A DNA stretch of 64,000 nucleotides from Ylistrum balloti (Eukaryota), in the NCBI RefSeq assembly GCF_031769215.1, contig NW_026781913.1, positions 620,001 to 684,000 of the forward strand, in the 5' to 3' direction. Below are positions 12,975 to 25,400 of this stretch, one piece after another. Both the position numbers and the translations under genes were made by a program. How positions within the stretch are numbered: position 1 is the first letter of the stretch; the number at the start of each line of letters is the position of its first letter. Below the pieces are notes generated by a model. That model saw only the letters and a program-made list of their open reading frames with translations. It was not told the DNA's origin and ran no database searches.

Positions 12975-13619
12975 ACATATTTTAATGAAATTTTATTCAA
13001 ACATTTCACTGCAAAAGACAACTTCAACGCCGAGGAGTTCTTCCACAGTGACGACGACGACTTCTGGGGTTTCGAGAAACGCTATTAAACCGGCCTGCTA
13101 TGTATTAAGACTTTCTGATAAACGATCCATAATCAATAAAACGTCTGATTATTTATTTTATGTAATATTCTTGTACATGTTATTTATTGTTATTTTGTAA
13201 ATAAAATGTAGAATGAAAATGTTGTGTTATTTTGTATATGCTCATGGGTATGCTTTTTCAATGGGGAAGGGGAATAACTCTAACTTTATTCATGTGACAA
13301 AGTCAAACAAAATGGCTTCCTATTACGAAGGACGACACAATACGAACCTGTAACGAGAAATTGGAAGGAATTAACCATGGAAACTATAATAAATAATCAT
13401 AAATAATCATGTTTGGTTGAGGAAACATCATAGAAAAAACCATAGAACGATAATATCAGGTATGCTTGGCTTTTAAGAACACAATTCAAGGAGATATGAT
13501 ATGAATTGTCGGAAGGAAAAAAGTGTCATTTCCTCTATATCTCTGTAATGTCCGCACCCCCTTTTTTGGATTGATTTTCGGTGAAAAAAAGTGCGGACAT
13601 TACATGGGTTTTTACGGTA
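12975..13619 (+). mobile_element. Right part of a pogo-like DNA transposon remnant
   Basis: Frame not in the ORF track, ~12982-13089, reads FNEILFKHFTAKDNFNAEEFFHSDDDDFWGFEKRY*, resembling the acidic ...SD(D/E)nF.GF C-terminus of pogo-type transposases. Ends with subterminal inverted pair taatgtccgcac...gtgcggacatta and TTTACGG|TA at 13611-13619. Confidence 0.55.
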
Positions 13620-14949
13620 TTGTGAATCAGACAATTTTCGTTCCCCAATGGGCAGGGCAAAAAGGGGCAAGACCAAAAGGGGCCATACTCTTTTGCATGG
13701 AAGAGTTTCAGAGTGCTTTATCAAAATTTTGAATTTCATTCCCCATTGTCAACATTCTCTACAGGCAAGAGAGTTTCTTTCTTCAATCCTACATTTCTTG
13801 ATCAGCACACCTAAACTAGATGTTGAATTGATGCAGAATAAAGTGCTGGCTCTACATTTTACAAAGAAATATGTGATTACTTACTGTGATTGTGTTTGTT
13901 AAGCAGATGTTGTTGTGATCTTTTTAGCGTATTTATGGTGTGCTTTTAAGTCTGGGGGTGGTATTACTCATAAGAATTTATTATTAAGGGTCTTTTGAGA
14001 GGTTTTTCTAATTATTTAATTTTTTACAATAACAGTTATGGTAAACATACTAGGACCGTAGTCAGACTATTCGATGGACGGGTGGTACTTTTTTATCACT
14101 AAGTAATTTCTAATTCCCGGTCTGTGGTTACCTTATCAAGTGCTTGACTGTTTTGCAAGTGTGTAGAGACCAGACCTAGAATGGATGTGTATTTTCCTAA
14201 CTTGCGTATGTTAAGATTTTGTCTATTTTAATGTAAGCTTTAGGCCTTCTGAGTAATTGTGACAAAATAGCTATAAAAATATGATAATTATTTTAAGATA
14301 ATTAATTGGTAGTAATTATTGTTAGTTAAATATACATCTTTGTGGTGGAGGGATTATATTGATTATATCTTCTTCATATATTGGAACATGTGTCTCCTGT
14401 ATGTTGTTCAGTGGGACAGCGACCAGCTACTACAAGGAGACCCTGCCTCAATATGATTAAACCTACATCAAGTTTAGGCCTTATATCTACACTGCTAATC
14501 ATACGAACTTTATTCTTGGGATATGGGTTCACTTTTGTGAGGCTGTATGTCATATTAAAAGGAAGTCACTCTGACATTCATTTTGACCTTTGACCAACAT
14601 CAAAGAAAAATTGTCTGGGCTCTCTCCTACACTTTTAGTTTCTGGAACTTCATACTTGGTTTATGGGTTCACCTTGGTAGGGGAAGGGGTGTAATTCACC
14701 AGATAATTATGTCAGGGGTAATAAGTAATTGTCAGGGTAACTTTCACCTCAATAGTTAAATTATATGGATACTGGGTAAATACTATTCAAGCAGCTGTAT
14801 TTATATTCCAGTGTTTTAATTGGAATGTTTTTAGTGATAATTTTAACCATACTTAATTTTACATGATTAAGTACAATGTATTTTGGTACAAAAAAAACCG
14901 CATCAAATGACTGTGTTAATTGTTCTTGATTTTAGAGAAGACAATATTG

Positions 14950-15883
14950 TTTTTAGCCCACCATCATCAGATGGTGGGGTATTCAAATCGCCCTGCGTCC
15001 GTGGTCCATCCGTCCATCCGTCCGTCCGTAAACAATTCTTGTTACCGCTATTTCTGGAAAAGTGCTGGATGGATCTTTATCAAATTTCATATGCAGGTTC
15101 CCCTTGGTCCCTAGTTGTGTATTGTACCTTTATTGGATTGATTCGAATTCAAGATGGCCGACAGGGGGCCATCTTTGATTTTGGAAGTAAAAGTTTGTTA
15201 CCGCTATTTCTGAGAAAGTACTGGATGGATCTTTCTCAAATTTCATATGCAGGTTCCCCTTGGTCCCTAGTTGTGCATTGTACCTTTTTTGGACTGATTC
15301 GAATTCAAGATGGCCGACAGGTGGCTATTTCTTGGACAGTACTGGATGGATCAGGTGGCCATCTTGGATTTTGGATGTAAAAGTTTGTTACCGCTATTTC
15401 TTGGACAGTACTGGATGGATCTTTCTCAAATTTCATATGCTGTTTCCCCTGACAGGCAGCCATCCTGGATTTTGAGAGTAAAATCTTTTTACTGCTATAT
15501 CTGAGGAAGTACTGGATGGATCCTTCTGATATTTCATTGATATTGGTTTCCCTTGGTCCCTAGTTGTGCATTGTACCTTTTTTGGACTGATTTGAAATCA
15601 AGGTGGCCCACAGGCAGCCATCTTGGATGTCGACAGTAATACAGCACAAGCATATTTTCCATTATCCACCTGTAACTGACTGCTGTCTAATAATACTTTG
15701 GGATCTTTTTCAAATGATATTTGCTAATAGGTGCTTAATAAAAATATCATTGAGTACATTCAATGAAGACCAGTTCATGAACATTTACAACACCTGTAAC
15801 AAACAAAAAAATAAACAAATCTTCAAGAACTGAAAACAGATCCTCAAATGATGGGCGCCAAGATCCCTCTGGGATCTCTTGTT
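14950..15883 (+). mobile_element. Complete-looking HINE-like non-autonomous element between the GGCT paralogues
   Basis: 5' tttttagcccaccatcatcagatggtggg. (CCGT/CCAT)n seed at ~14997-15029. Internal ~156-190 bp tandem subrepeats (gttaccgctatttct at 15041, 15197, 15387). 3' gatgggcg plus hairpin agatccc-tct-gggatct plus CTTGTT. Confidence 0.8.
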
Positions 15884-16350
15884 TAAATAAAGATGTGATA
15901 CATTTTATTTATAAGTGTCGTTTTCCATCTTTATTATTTTCTTCAGATCATACAATTTTGTTGAAGCAAAAATGATAACAGATTCATCCAGACGACTATG
16001 GTGAAAATGGCGATTGCCATGACCATGAACCCAGGGTTGGAAGAGTAACCCGCAGCATTCGATATTGACACAATATATTTTATAGGGTTATTTCATTTAA
16101 ATGTAATCGAATCTGAAGATCGATATTCAACACAGAACCAGATCGTGTTTTTCCTTTATTTAAAAAATTCAGCCATGTGATCAAGCCAGTATTGGACAAA
16201 GTTTGGCATTAAACTTTCATTTATCTAGTGACCTTGACCCAAGGGATGTGAAAGTGAATTTCGACACACCACGTGAAGTATAGATGTTGTAATTACAATA
16301 ACTTCCGTTACTGTACCTCGACATTTAATTTACATGAATATCCGTTATAT

Positions 16351-16446
16351 ATGTCGACATTTCAGCTTTTTGACATAATTTCCATTACTCGATCGTAAAT
16401 GTCGACATTTCAGCTTTTTGACATAATTTCCATTACTCGATCGTAA
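16351..16446. repeat. 48-bp direct duplication spanning the GGCT-b stop codon
   Basis: atgtcgacatttcagctttttgacataatttccattactcgatcgtaa occurs at 16351 and 16399. Confidence 0.95.
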
Positions 16447-17689
16447 ATATCGACCTTTCCATCGTAGTTGTTGACGTCCCACTTTTCCATTTCCTTTATG
16501 TACTCGGAGGGAAGGTTGGACTGTCGAGCACCCAACAATATGATTTCTTTATACTGAGGTGAAGGACGCCGATCATAAGTTTTCTTGGTGTCTTGAGGAA
16601 TCATCTGGAAACAGTGACACTCAAACTCAGCATCCTTGGAGGTCACCTTGACGGTGAAGGGTTGAAGATGATGTTCTTGTCTGAAATATCACAAAGAAAT
16701 GGTAATGGTCACTATGTGAATTTCACTACAAACACGTGACATGTAACAATAATTATGTCTTTGTGCGTTCATCTCAGAGATTAAACATGTAATGTTTCCA
16801 ATATTTTAGGAAACATTACATCATATTGTTTACACAAAACCGTGCAGGTACCAATTTGCAAAGACCGACTATCTACCCCCAATTGACAAATCAGGCTTAT
16901 GACGCTGACGTCAGTTTTCGGACGGAATAACGTTTTCTATAGGTTTATCTTATAACCGAGTTATAGATAAATAGTCTCGGTTTCCTTAACCACTGAGTAA
17001 AACACGACGCCATGTTGTTGATCTAGTCATTCACACCTGCTCTTAATGCTTACCTGTTCAGACTGACCATATCGTCCTTGTCCAGTTGCCAGACCACGCC
17101 CCAAACCTCAGCCCCGGGGTGAGGCTCAATGTTAGCCGAACCTCCCTTCAATTCACTGGTTGCTGGGTCGACATTGGTACGAAAACACAATTTGTAATTC
17201 TGGAAATCCAAGATAAAATATAGCATCGATATGATGTAGACCTGTTGTACAGGATGTGTCGAGGTCGATGTTTGAGGTCTAGAGTAACGGTAGTTCATGT
17301 GGGTATGAACTGCGGTGCTATGTTGCTTTTTATCTATTTTAGTTCGGATTATGTCCACGATTTTGTTAACAGTATTGTTGTTAATATAACCTAGTGATAA
17401 TAGATTATACAATTTATCAAATATATACATATTATACATTTTGGTCCTACAATTTATTATGATATTAAGCCTCTATCACACTGTATCTGTTGTCTTGTTG
17501 ATTTGATAGACTGTCAATTAACGTCTTCTTTTGAGATGAGAATATGTTTTCACTGTTATTAAGTGTGTGGATTGCACTCACCTTTAGTTTACCAACAGTT
17601 ACAAACGTAGCACTGGGATTTTTCAGCTGAAGTCGTTCTTTTAGCAAGTTGCTTCCATAAGCAAAATAAAGAAATGTCTCCGGATCCAT
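16410..17689 (-). CDS. GGCT: Gamma-glutamylcyclotransferase paralogue b, 174 aa, 3 coding exons
   Basis: Exons 17689-17582 (MDPETFLYFAYGSNLLKERL...GKLK), 17199-17054 (NYKLCF...EVWGVVWQL...LN) and 16680-16410 (QEHHLQPF...RRPSPQYKEIILLGA...SKS*). GT-AG. Exon 1 and 2 lengths (108, 146 nt) are identical to paralogue a; 525 nt in total. Confidence 0.94.
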
Positions 17690-18295
17690 TGTTCTCGTTC
17701 GAAGAGTAACCAGCTTGTGGTTTGGTGATATACACGAGGAGATTTACCGATGTTCGTGCTATTGCATACGACACTCTATGTTAAAGTGAGTCGAGAATTC
17801 AGGATCCTTCCCATAAACAACACTAGATAACTGCACGGACACGAAAGGTCAAAAGGGTTGTGTAACCACGATAAGATATATCAAGTGTTTGTATAAAAAC
17901 ACGTCAGTTTTCCTTCGCGTTTTATTTCAACTGACCGTTATTTATTTTTGGAAAATCTTTGTCGGTGTTCTTACGGTTTAATTTCTTGAGGAATTTTGAT
18001 TTTATCAAACATCACACACATATAAAGGACAAATAAATTCTCACAAGAATTCTAGTGTCTAGCTTGTAAGTTAAGGTCCCTTTTTAGCGACCCAGTGGCT
18101 TCGTTCCTGGAGAGATATAGATCAGACTACTCATTTAGAATGAAGGCCAGCATTATAATGGACAAGACGAAGATTAAGGGTTTTAGAGTCAAGGTCATAG
18201 TCACTTTTACTAATAATATAGAAAACTCTCATGAGCACGGATATTCAGGAAACTTCACGTGTGGCAAACTTTGCTAATGCACATATCAGTTAAGA

Positions 18296-20545
18296 TGGAC
18301 ATCCAGTTCCGTCAATAGACACGACATCCACCGTCGTCAATAGACACGACATCCAGTTCCGTCAATAGACACGACATCCACCGTCGTCAATAGACACGAC
18401 ATCCAGTGCCGTCAATAGACACGACATCCAGTACCGTTAATAGACACGACATCCACCGTCGTCAATAGACACGACATCCAGTGCCGTCAATAGACACGAC
18501 ATCCGCCGTCGTCAATAGACACGACATCCAGCACCGTCAATAGACACGACATCCGGTGCCGTCAATAGAAACGAAATCCAGCACCGTCAATAGACACGAC
18601 ATCAAGTGCCGTCAATAGACAAGACATCCATCGTCGTCAATAGACACGACATCCAGTGCCGTCAATAGACACGACATCCGCCGTCGTCAATAGACACGAC
18701 ATCCAGTACCGTCAATAGACACGACATCCGCCGTCGACAATAGACACGACATCCAGTGCCGTCAATAGACACGACATCCAGTGCCGTCAATAGACACGAC
18801 ATCCACCGTCGTCAATATACAGGACATTCAGTGCCGTCAATAGACATGACATCCAGTACCGTCAATAGACATGACATCCAGTACCGTCAATAGACACGAC
18901 ATCCGCCGTCGTCAATAGACACGACATCCAGCACCGTCAATAGACACGACATCCGGTGCCGTCAATAGAAACGAAATCCAGCACCGTCAATAGACACGAC
19001 ATCAAGTGCCGTCAATAGACAAGACATCCATCGTCGTCAATAGACACGACATCCAGTGCCGTCAATAGACACGACATCCGCCGTCGTCAATAGACACGAC
19101 ATCCAGTACCGTCAATAGACACGACATCCGCCGTCGACAATAGACACGACATCCAGTGCCGTCAATAGACACGACATCCAGTGCCGTCAATAGACACGAC
19201 ATCCACCGTCGTCAATATACAGGACATTCAGTGCCGTCAATAGACATGACATCCAGTACCGTCAATAGACACGACATCCAGTGCCGTCAATAGACACGAC
19301 ATCCAGTGCCGTCAATAGACACGACATCTAGTACCATCGATAGACACGACATCAAGCGCCGTCAATAGACACAACATCTAGTACCATCAATAGACACGAC
19401 ATCAAGTTCCATCAATAGACACGACATCAAGCGCCGTCAATAGACACGACATCTAGTGCCATCAATAGACACGACATCCAGTGCCGTCAATAGACACGAC
19501 ATCTAGTACCATCAATAGACACGACATCCAGTTCCATCAATAGACTCGACATCCAGTTCCATCAATAGACTCGACATCTAGTACCATCAATAGACACGAC
19601 ATCCAGTGCCGTCAATAGACATGACATCCAGTGCCGTCAATAGACATGACATCCAGCACCGTCAATAGACACGACATCCAGTGCCGTCAATAGACATGAC
19701 ATCCAGCACCGTCAATAGACACAACATCTAGTACCATCAATAGACACGACATCAAGTTCCATCAATAGACACGACATCAAGCGCCGTCAATAGACACGAC
19801 ATCTAGTGCCATCAATAGACACGACATCCAGTGCCGTCAATAGACACGACATCTAGTACCATCAATAGACACGACATCCAGTTCCATCAATAGACTCGAC
19901 ATCCAGTTCCATCAATAGACTCGACATCTAGTACCATCAATAGACACGACATCCAGTGCCGTCAATAGACATGACATCCAGTGCCGTCAATAGACATGAC
20001 ATCCAGCACCATCAATAGACACGACATCCAGTGCCGTCAATAGACATGACATCCAGCACCGTCAATAGACACGACATCCAGTGCCGTCAATAGACACGAC
20101 ATCTAGTACCATCAATAGACACGACATCCAGTGCCGTCAATAGACACGACATCTAGTACCATCGATAGACACGACATCAAGCGCCGTCAATAGACACGAC
20201 ATCTAGTGCCATCAATAGACACGACATCCAGTGCCGTCAATAGACACGACATCTAGTACCATCAATAGACACGACATCCAGTTCCATCAATAGACTCGAC
20301 ATCTAGTACCATCAATAGACACGACATCCAGTGCCGTCAATAGACATGACATCCAGCACCGTCAATAGACACGACATCCAGTGCCGTCAATAGACACGAC
20401 ATCTAGTACCATCAATAGACACGACATCCAGTTCCATCAATAGACTCGACATCTAGTACCATCAATAGACACGACATCCAGTGCCGTCAATAGACACGAC
20501 ATTCAGTGCCGTCAATAGACACGACATCCAGTACCGTCACTAGAC
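18296..20545. repeat. 25-bp minisatellite (consensus gtcaatagacacgacatccagtgcc), about 90 copies, with higher-order structure; degenerate tail to ~21000
   Basis: Monomer read directly. Variant patterns recur at 400-bp spacing (18561/18961, 18621/19021, 18821/19221) and 350-bp spacing (19371/19721). Confidence 0.97.
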
Positions 20546-21034
20546 AAGTGATCCGGTATCGTCACTAGATATGGTATACAGTGTCGTCAATTGACAGGAA
20601 ATCGTCTTAACCGTCATTGGACAAAACGTCGGGTACCGTCAATAAACACTTCGTCTACTGTTTTCACTAGACAACTAATTCAGTACCGTCAATAGACACG
20701 ACATCGTGTACCATTTCTACGTACAACGTATTGTGTTGTCACCAGTCGAGACATTCAGTATCGTCAGACGACACTACGCAGAGTACTGTTACTAGGAAAG
20801 GCATCCAGTATTGTCACCCAGTACCGTCACTAGGCGTGACGTATAGTAGTAGAATTAGAAGAGACATTTAATATACTATATCTAAACAAGAAATCCAGTT
20901 CCGTCACTAGACATCATATCTGGTACTGTAGTCATGACATCTAGTCCTGTCGCGAGACACAATATCCAGTACCGTCACTAAAAATGACAATCTGATCAAT
21001 GGTATGAGACGACGAACACAAAAATCGCACGTGG

Positions 21035-21190
21035 TCTTGGATGGCGCTGTGGAAACGCACTCATTTATCACCCATCGTCCAGGGTTCCATTCTCGGAAAG
21101 GAATTGCCCGCCCACGTGGGTTTTTTTTCGGGTTCTCCAGTTTCCTTCCCAGTAAGACCCCTTTCATTCGAACCAACAAGAGTTATTGAT
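21035..21190 (+). mobile_element. tRNA-derived SINE with V-domain-like core
   Basis: Head ggatggcgctgtggaaacgcactc...ccagggttccattctcgg (A/B-box-like), then gtgggttttttttcgggttctccagtttccttccca, resembling the V-SINE central domain. Confidence 0.6.
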
Positions 21191-21278
21191 ACATATGCTG
21201 GGAAAAAATATTTCGCAATTGTTGTAAAATAAATGAAAGTCGGATTTTATATCACCATAATGTAGAATAAAAACAAAA

Positions 21279-21910
21279 CGTCACCCATAGACATCGGGCC
21301 ATGTAGAATGAACAAAAATCGTCACCCCATAGACATCGGGTCATGTAGAATAAAAAAATAAAACGTCACCCCATAGACATCGGGCCATGTAGAATAAACA
21401 AAAATCGTCACCCCATAGCCATCGGGTCATGTAGAATAAACAAATAAAACGTCACCATAGACATCGGGTCATGTAGAATAAACAAATAAAACGTCACCCA
21501 TAGACATCGGGTCATGTAGAATAAAAAAAATAAAACGTCACCCCATAGACATCGGGTCATGTAGAATAAAAAAAATAAAACGTCACCCCATAGACATCGG
21601 GTCATGTAGAATAAAAAAAATCGTCACCCCATAGCCATCGGGTCATGTAGAATAAACAAATAAAACGTCACCCATAGACATCGGGTCATGTAGAATAAAC
21701 AAATAAAACGTCATCCATAGACATCGGGTCATAAAAAACGTCACTCCGTAGACATCGGGCCGTGAAAAACAAAATAAAACGTCAGTCATAGACATCCGTC
21801 ATAAAAAAGTCACCCCGTAGACATGAAAAATAAAAAAAAAATCGTCACCCACTAGACATCGGACCATGCAGAATAAAAAATAAAGTCACCCCACAGATAT
21901 CGGGACAGAA
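21279..21910. repeat. ~43-45-bp tandem repeat (cgtcaccccatagacatcgggtcatgtagaataaa(a)n), roughly 14 copies
   Basis: Directly visible; unit length varies through the A-run. Confidence 0.93.
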
Positions 21911-22318
21911 CGAACTGCCTAGCATGCACTTGTTCTACCACATTACTTTGACATTTTCACGTTTAGTTTTCAATTGTGTAAAATGATTTCATATATGTAA
22001 AATCCCGTGAAAGTATTCACGTGCCAGTCTTTTTTTTCAATACATAGTCTCAGAGACTTCTCTGATAGTCTGTAGTCCTAACATATTGTTTGAATGAACT
22101 CTTGTTTGTGACATGAAAGATACGAATTCTTTGTTGAATTGATTGCGTAATTAACAATGTTTACTTTAGGCATGAATTTGTTGTTCGCAATACGGTTACA
22201 TATTCGAGATAAACGCTACAAGTCATTTATAAATATAACAGCAGTAATGGGATATTCATTGGCACACGCACCTGCCCAAGGTGAAATGTTCCCCTTACGG
22301 ACCTCTTTTTGTTTTCAG

Positions 22319-22356
22319 TACGCATGCGCTGTAATCGAAAACTAATCACTTCCTGT
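22319..22356 (+). promoter_or_regulatory. Candidate HSBP1 core promoter motifs (NRF1-like and ETS-like)
   Basis: TACGCATGCGCT at 22319-22330 and CACTTCCTG at ~22348-22356, 55-90 bp upstream of the HSBP1 ATG. Confidence 0.45.
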
Positions 22357-22409
22357 TACTCTCTTGCTCGACTGTCAGAACAACATCTTGTTCGAAAGAA
22401 GGAGCAGAC

Positions 22410-25400
22410 ATGGCAGACTACGGCAAAGATTACATGGCAAACAATGCTGATCCCAAGAACATCCAGGACCTGACCGCTTTTGTAAGTTTTTTCGACATTT
22501 TTTGCCCGCTAAATGTTGTTTTACCTGATCAAGGTAGGCAGGTCTGTAAGTAAGAATTGCAAGTTCAAACATGATTAACTTTGTTGTCCCTCGTAACTGT
22601 ATCCGTTCGATCGGATTGAAGATGTTCCCTTTTCAGATACAGTTATTTGTTTCGTAGTTACAAGGCATCAATACGAATATCTGAGACAAATGCATGCTGT
22701 TTTAATATGGAGATAGGTCTATAAGTTTTAATTCCACAACACATATACGCTTCCCCTGTCACAGGAATGTTTCTGCAGACGAGGCTGGTACCTGTGATTT
22801 CACCTATCGTCTGATAATTCCTAATAGTATGAAATCACGCACGCACAAATTGTATTGCACATAACTGTTAATATCCATAGGAGTACCAGATAGACTGATA
22901 TACTATGTCTTATACAGTGATATAGATTTGTATTCTAAGAACTGATACTTTAATCCGAGGTTCACAATGAGACCGAACGAAGAATGGATAAAAAATGAGA
23001 GTTTGAATTGAATCCATTTGGTTAATTTGTGATTGAAGATCTTGTTTCAATTGAAGATTAATTTGAAGTGGACTGCCTCATCAGAAAGGATAAATGCTCG
23101 CCAACAATTTCATTGAAGACTATTTTCTTTAAATTTGAATTTTCTCATTTTAAGGCTTTCACTTATTTCCTTTTTTTGTCTGATGCTATTTATGTTATTT
23201 CCTTTGGTTTCTACATGCACATACTATACTAGACATCATATTTGACATTTTGATAGGTATATCTCAGTCTCGTGTAGGAACCAGATGTCTTCATTAAAAT
23301 ACATATATAAACATGAATAAAAAAGAGCAAAATGAAACTTGATCACTAAACATATAAATGACTTTCTCTAAAATTTTGTTGCTCGTCATTCATTAGTAGC
23401 CTTGATGATGCCTGTATACATTAAAAGGACAGTTAAATGAAATTTCTGCCTTTAATGATGTATGAATATCCTTTTTGAAGCAAAATGAAAATGCAAAAAC
23501 ATGTTTTTGTTTTACTTTTGCTTATAAAACAGTATGTGAATCTTTACTTATAACATTATTCTAGATTGTAATGTAATTTTGTGTAAGTCAAGTCTAAGTT
23601 ACTGTGTTTCTGAGCAAACATCGGTTTTGTATCTTTATTTAAACACCAACAAAGAACTATTGTCACATGGTCTAGGATTTGCCTTTAATTTTATAAGTAG
23701 CGTATTCTTTGTACAGCTGTATACCTAATTGTTCAGAAAGTGAAAGCTGTGTAACTGAATGCAATTTAAAGTATACAATAGCCAGGGAAAGTTAAAATCA
23801 CCAGTGACCTGGTATGCAATTTGTATTGATGGCTTCTAGGCAACCTGTATTCTTATAAAGCTTGTTAATATCGTGATAAAATACCTTTTGTTTGGATTGC
23901 CTTTGAAAAATCAATGGTTTTCATAGTAAGATGGAGCATGAAGATATCAAGAGACTACATGTGTGTTTGAAATAAATTGGAAAGAATTCACACTGAAAGT
24001 GTGTATTTTAAGTTTGCAAGGAGGAATGTCACAAAGAGTTAAAAAAGATAAAAAAAAAATTGTAGTGTATAGATTTTTTCTGTGAAAGCCTTAAAAAGGA
24101 ATTTAGTGATAAATCTACTATTATTTTCATGAGTCCTTTTCAACTTCATTGCTAAAGCAAACTATATATGGGTCACAAAATATGAGACTGCTCACTGGGA
24201 ATTGAGTACTATGTGACACTAAAACTAATTATTTGAAGAATGGTGAACATCAACCAAATATACCATTCTATGTTTTTTAAAAAAGATGTTTGATATGTAT
24301 TTTTATATGCTGCAAACAAATTTCTCATTCTCTTAGGCATTATTATTAAGATTTTTGTAAAATTATAATGATCATACCAAAATCTTTTTTTCTAATAACA
24401 CTTATTATAACTAGAAAATACAAATTCACTTTTCATATTGTCCAAGAGCAAATATCAATTTTATTTACTTTTATTGGAAAAAACCAACGAAAATCTATTG
24501 ACTCAAGTACAAGGATTTGCCTTGCTATATGAATTAGAAGTAGAAAATCTACCCAGGAATGCTATCTACTTTGCTGGCCTGTAAGTGTTGCACAAAACGC
24601 ATATGTAAGCAAATCCAGCTGGTCTAATCAATATATCTGTACCCATAACCATTCAACTGAAGCAGAAAACATATAGGTATGGCAAAGGTATGAATAATTT
24701 AGATATACATTAAAGGTGTAGACAATAACAACAAAGACTTATTGTCACCATAAAAGGTATAATATACAGGAGTTATTGTATTAGTGTAAAACATATGGTA
24801 TGTTGGACATGTAGCTACATGAACATGTCACTATAAAATGGGGTAGGTCAGGAAATAGGTAATATATCTGTCAGCAATATTGTTACTGTTTAGAACACAT
24901 GGTCTAATAAATCTAGATCTGCAGCCATGACATTCGTAACCAATATATAATATTATGTAATAATTCATTTTTATGTAACAAATATCAACAGGAGACCAAT
25001 ATATTTAGAACCAAATATATGTATGTAATAAACTTGTGTACAGGTATATATGCAGGCAGTTTGGAAATACATTGGTCCTTGTATTATGTACATGTAATAT
25101 AACAGAATTTGTACAGTACTAGTTTACCTGAGCTTAAGACTACTTGTGTACTGTAGACGTGGCAAAGGTCATAACTCTTTATCTATATGAAATATATTCT
25201 AGTGTGAAGGATCTTTTGAGTTTACAACTTTAGCCGAGTTATATATGTTTGCTTTGTCTATAAATCTGACAATTTTCATTACTTGATCCCATGTTTTTCA
25301 TAAGACACTCTGTCTTGTTTACCTGGAACGTGATAAACTACAGTAATATTGGATGTTTCTGTTTGCATTTATCCCTCCCAAACAGTTAACATATTAGTCC

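Noticed and set aside
10699-13619. A single composite pogo-like transposon carrying GGCT-a exon 3 between two TA|CCGTA ends
   Set aside because: The two ends share architecture but have different subterminal motifs (tatagtgcgcac vs taatgtccgcac), so they probably belong to different families. Exon 3 also splices in phase to exons outside the interval.
18296-21910. CRISPR-like arrays (25-bp and ~44-bp repeats)
   Set aside because: Units are head-to-tail with no unique spacers, there are no cas genes, and the context is eukaryotic. The same applies to all other arrays here.
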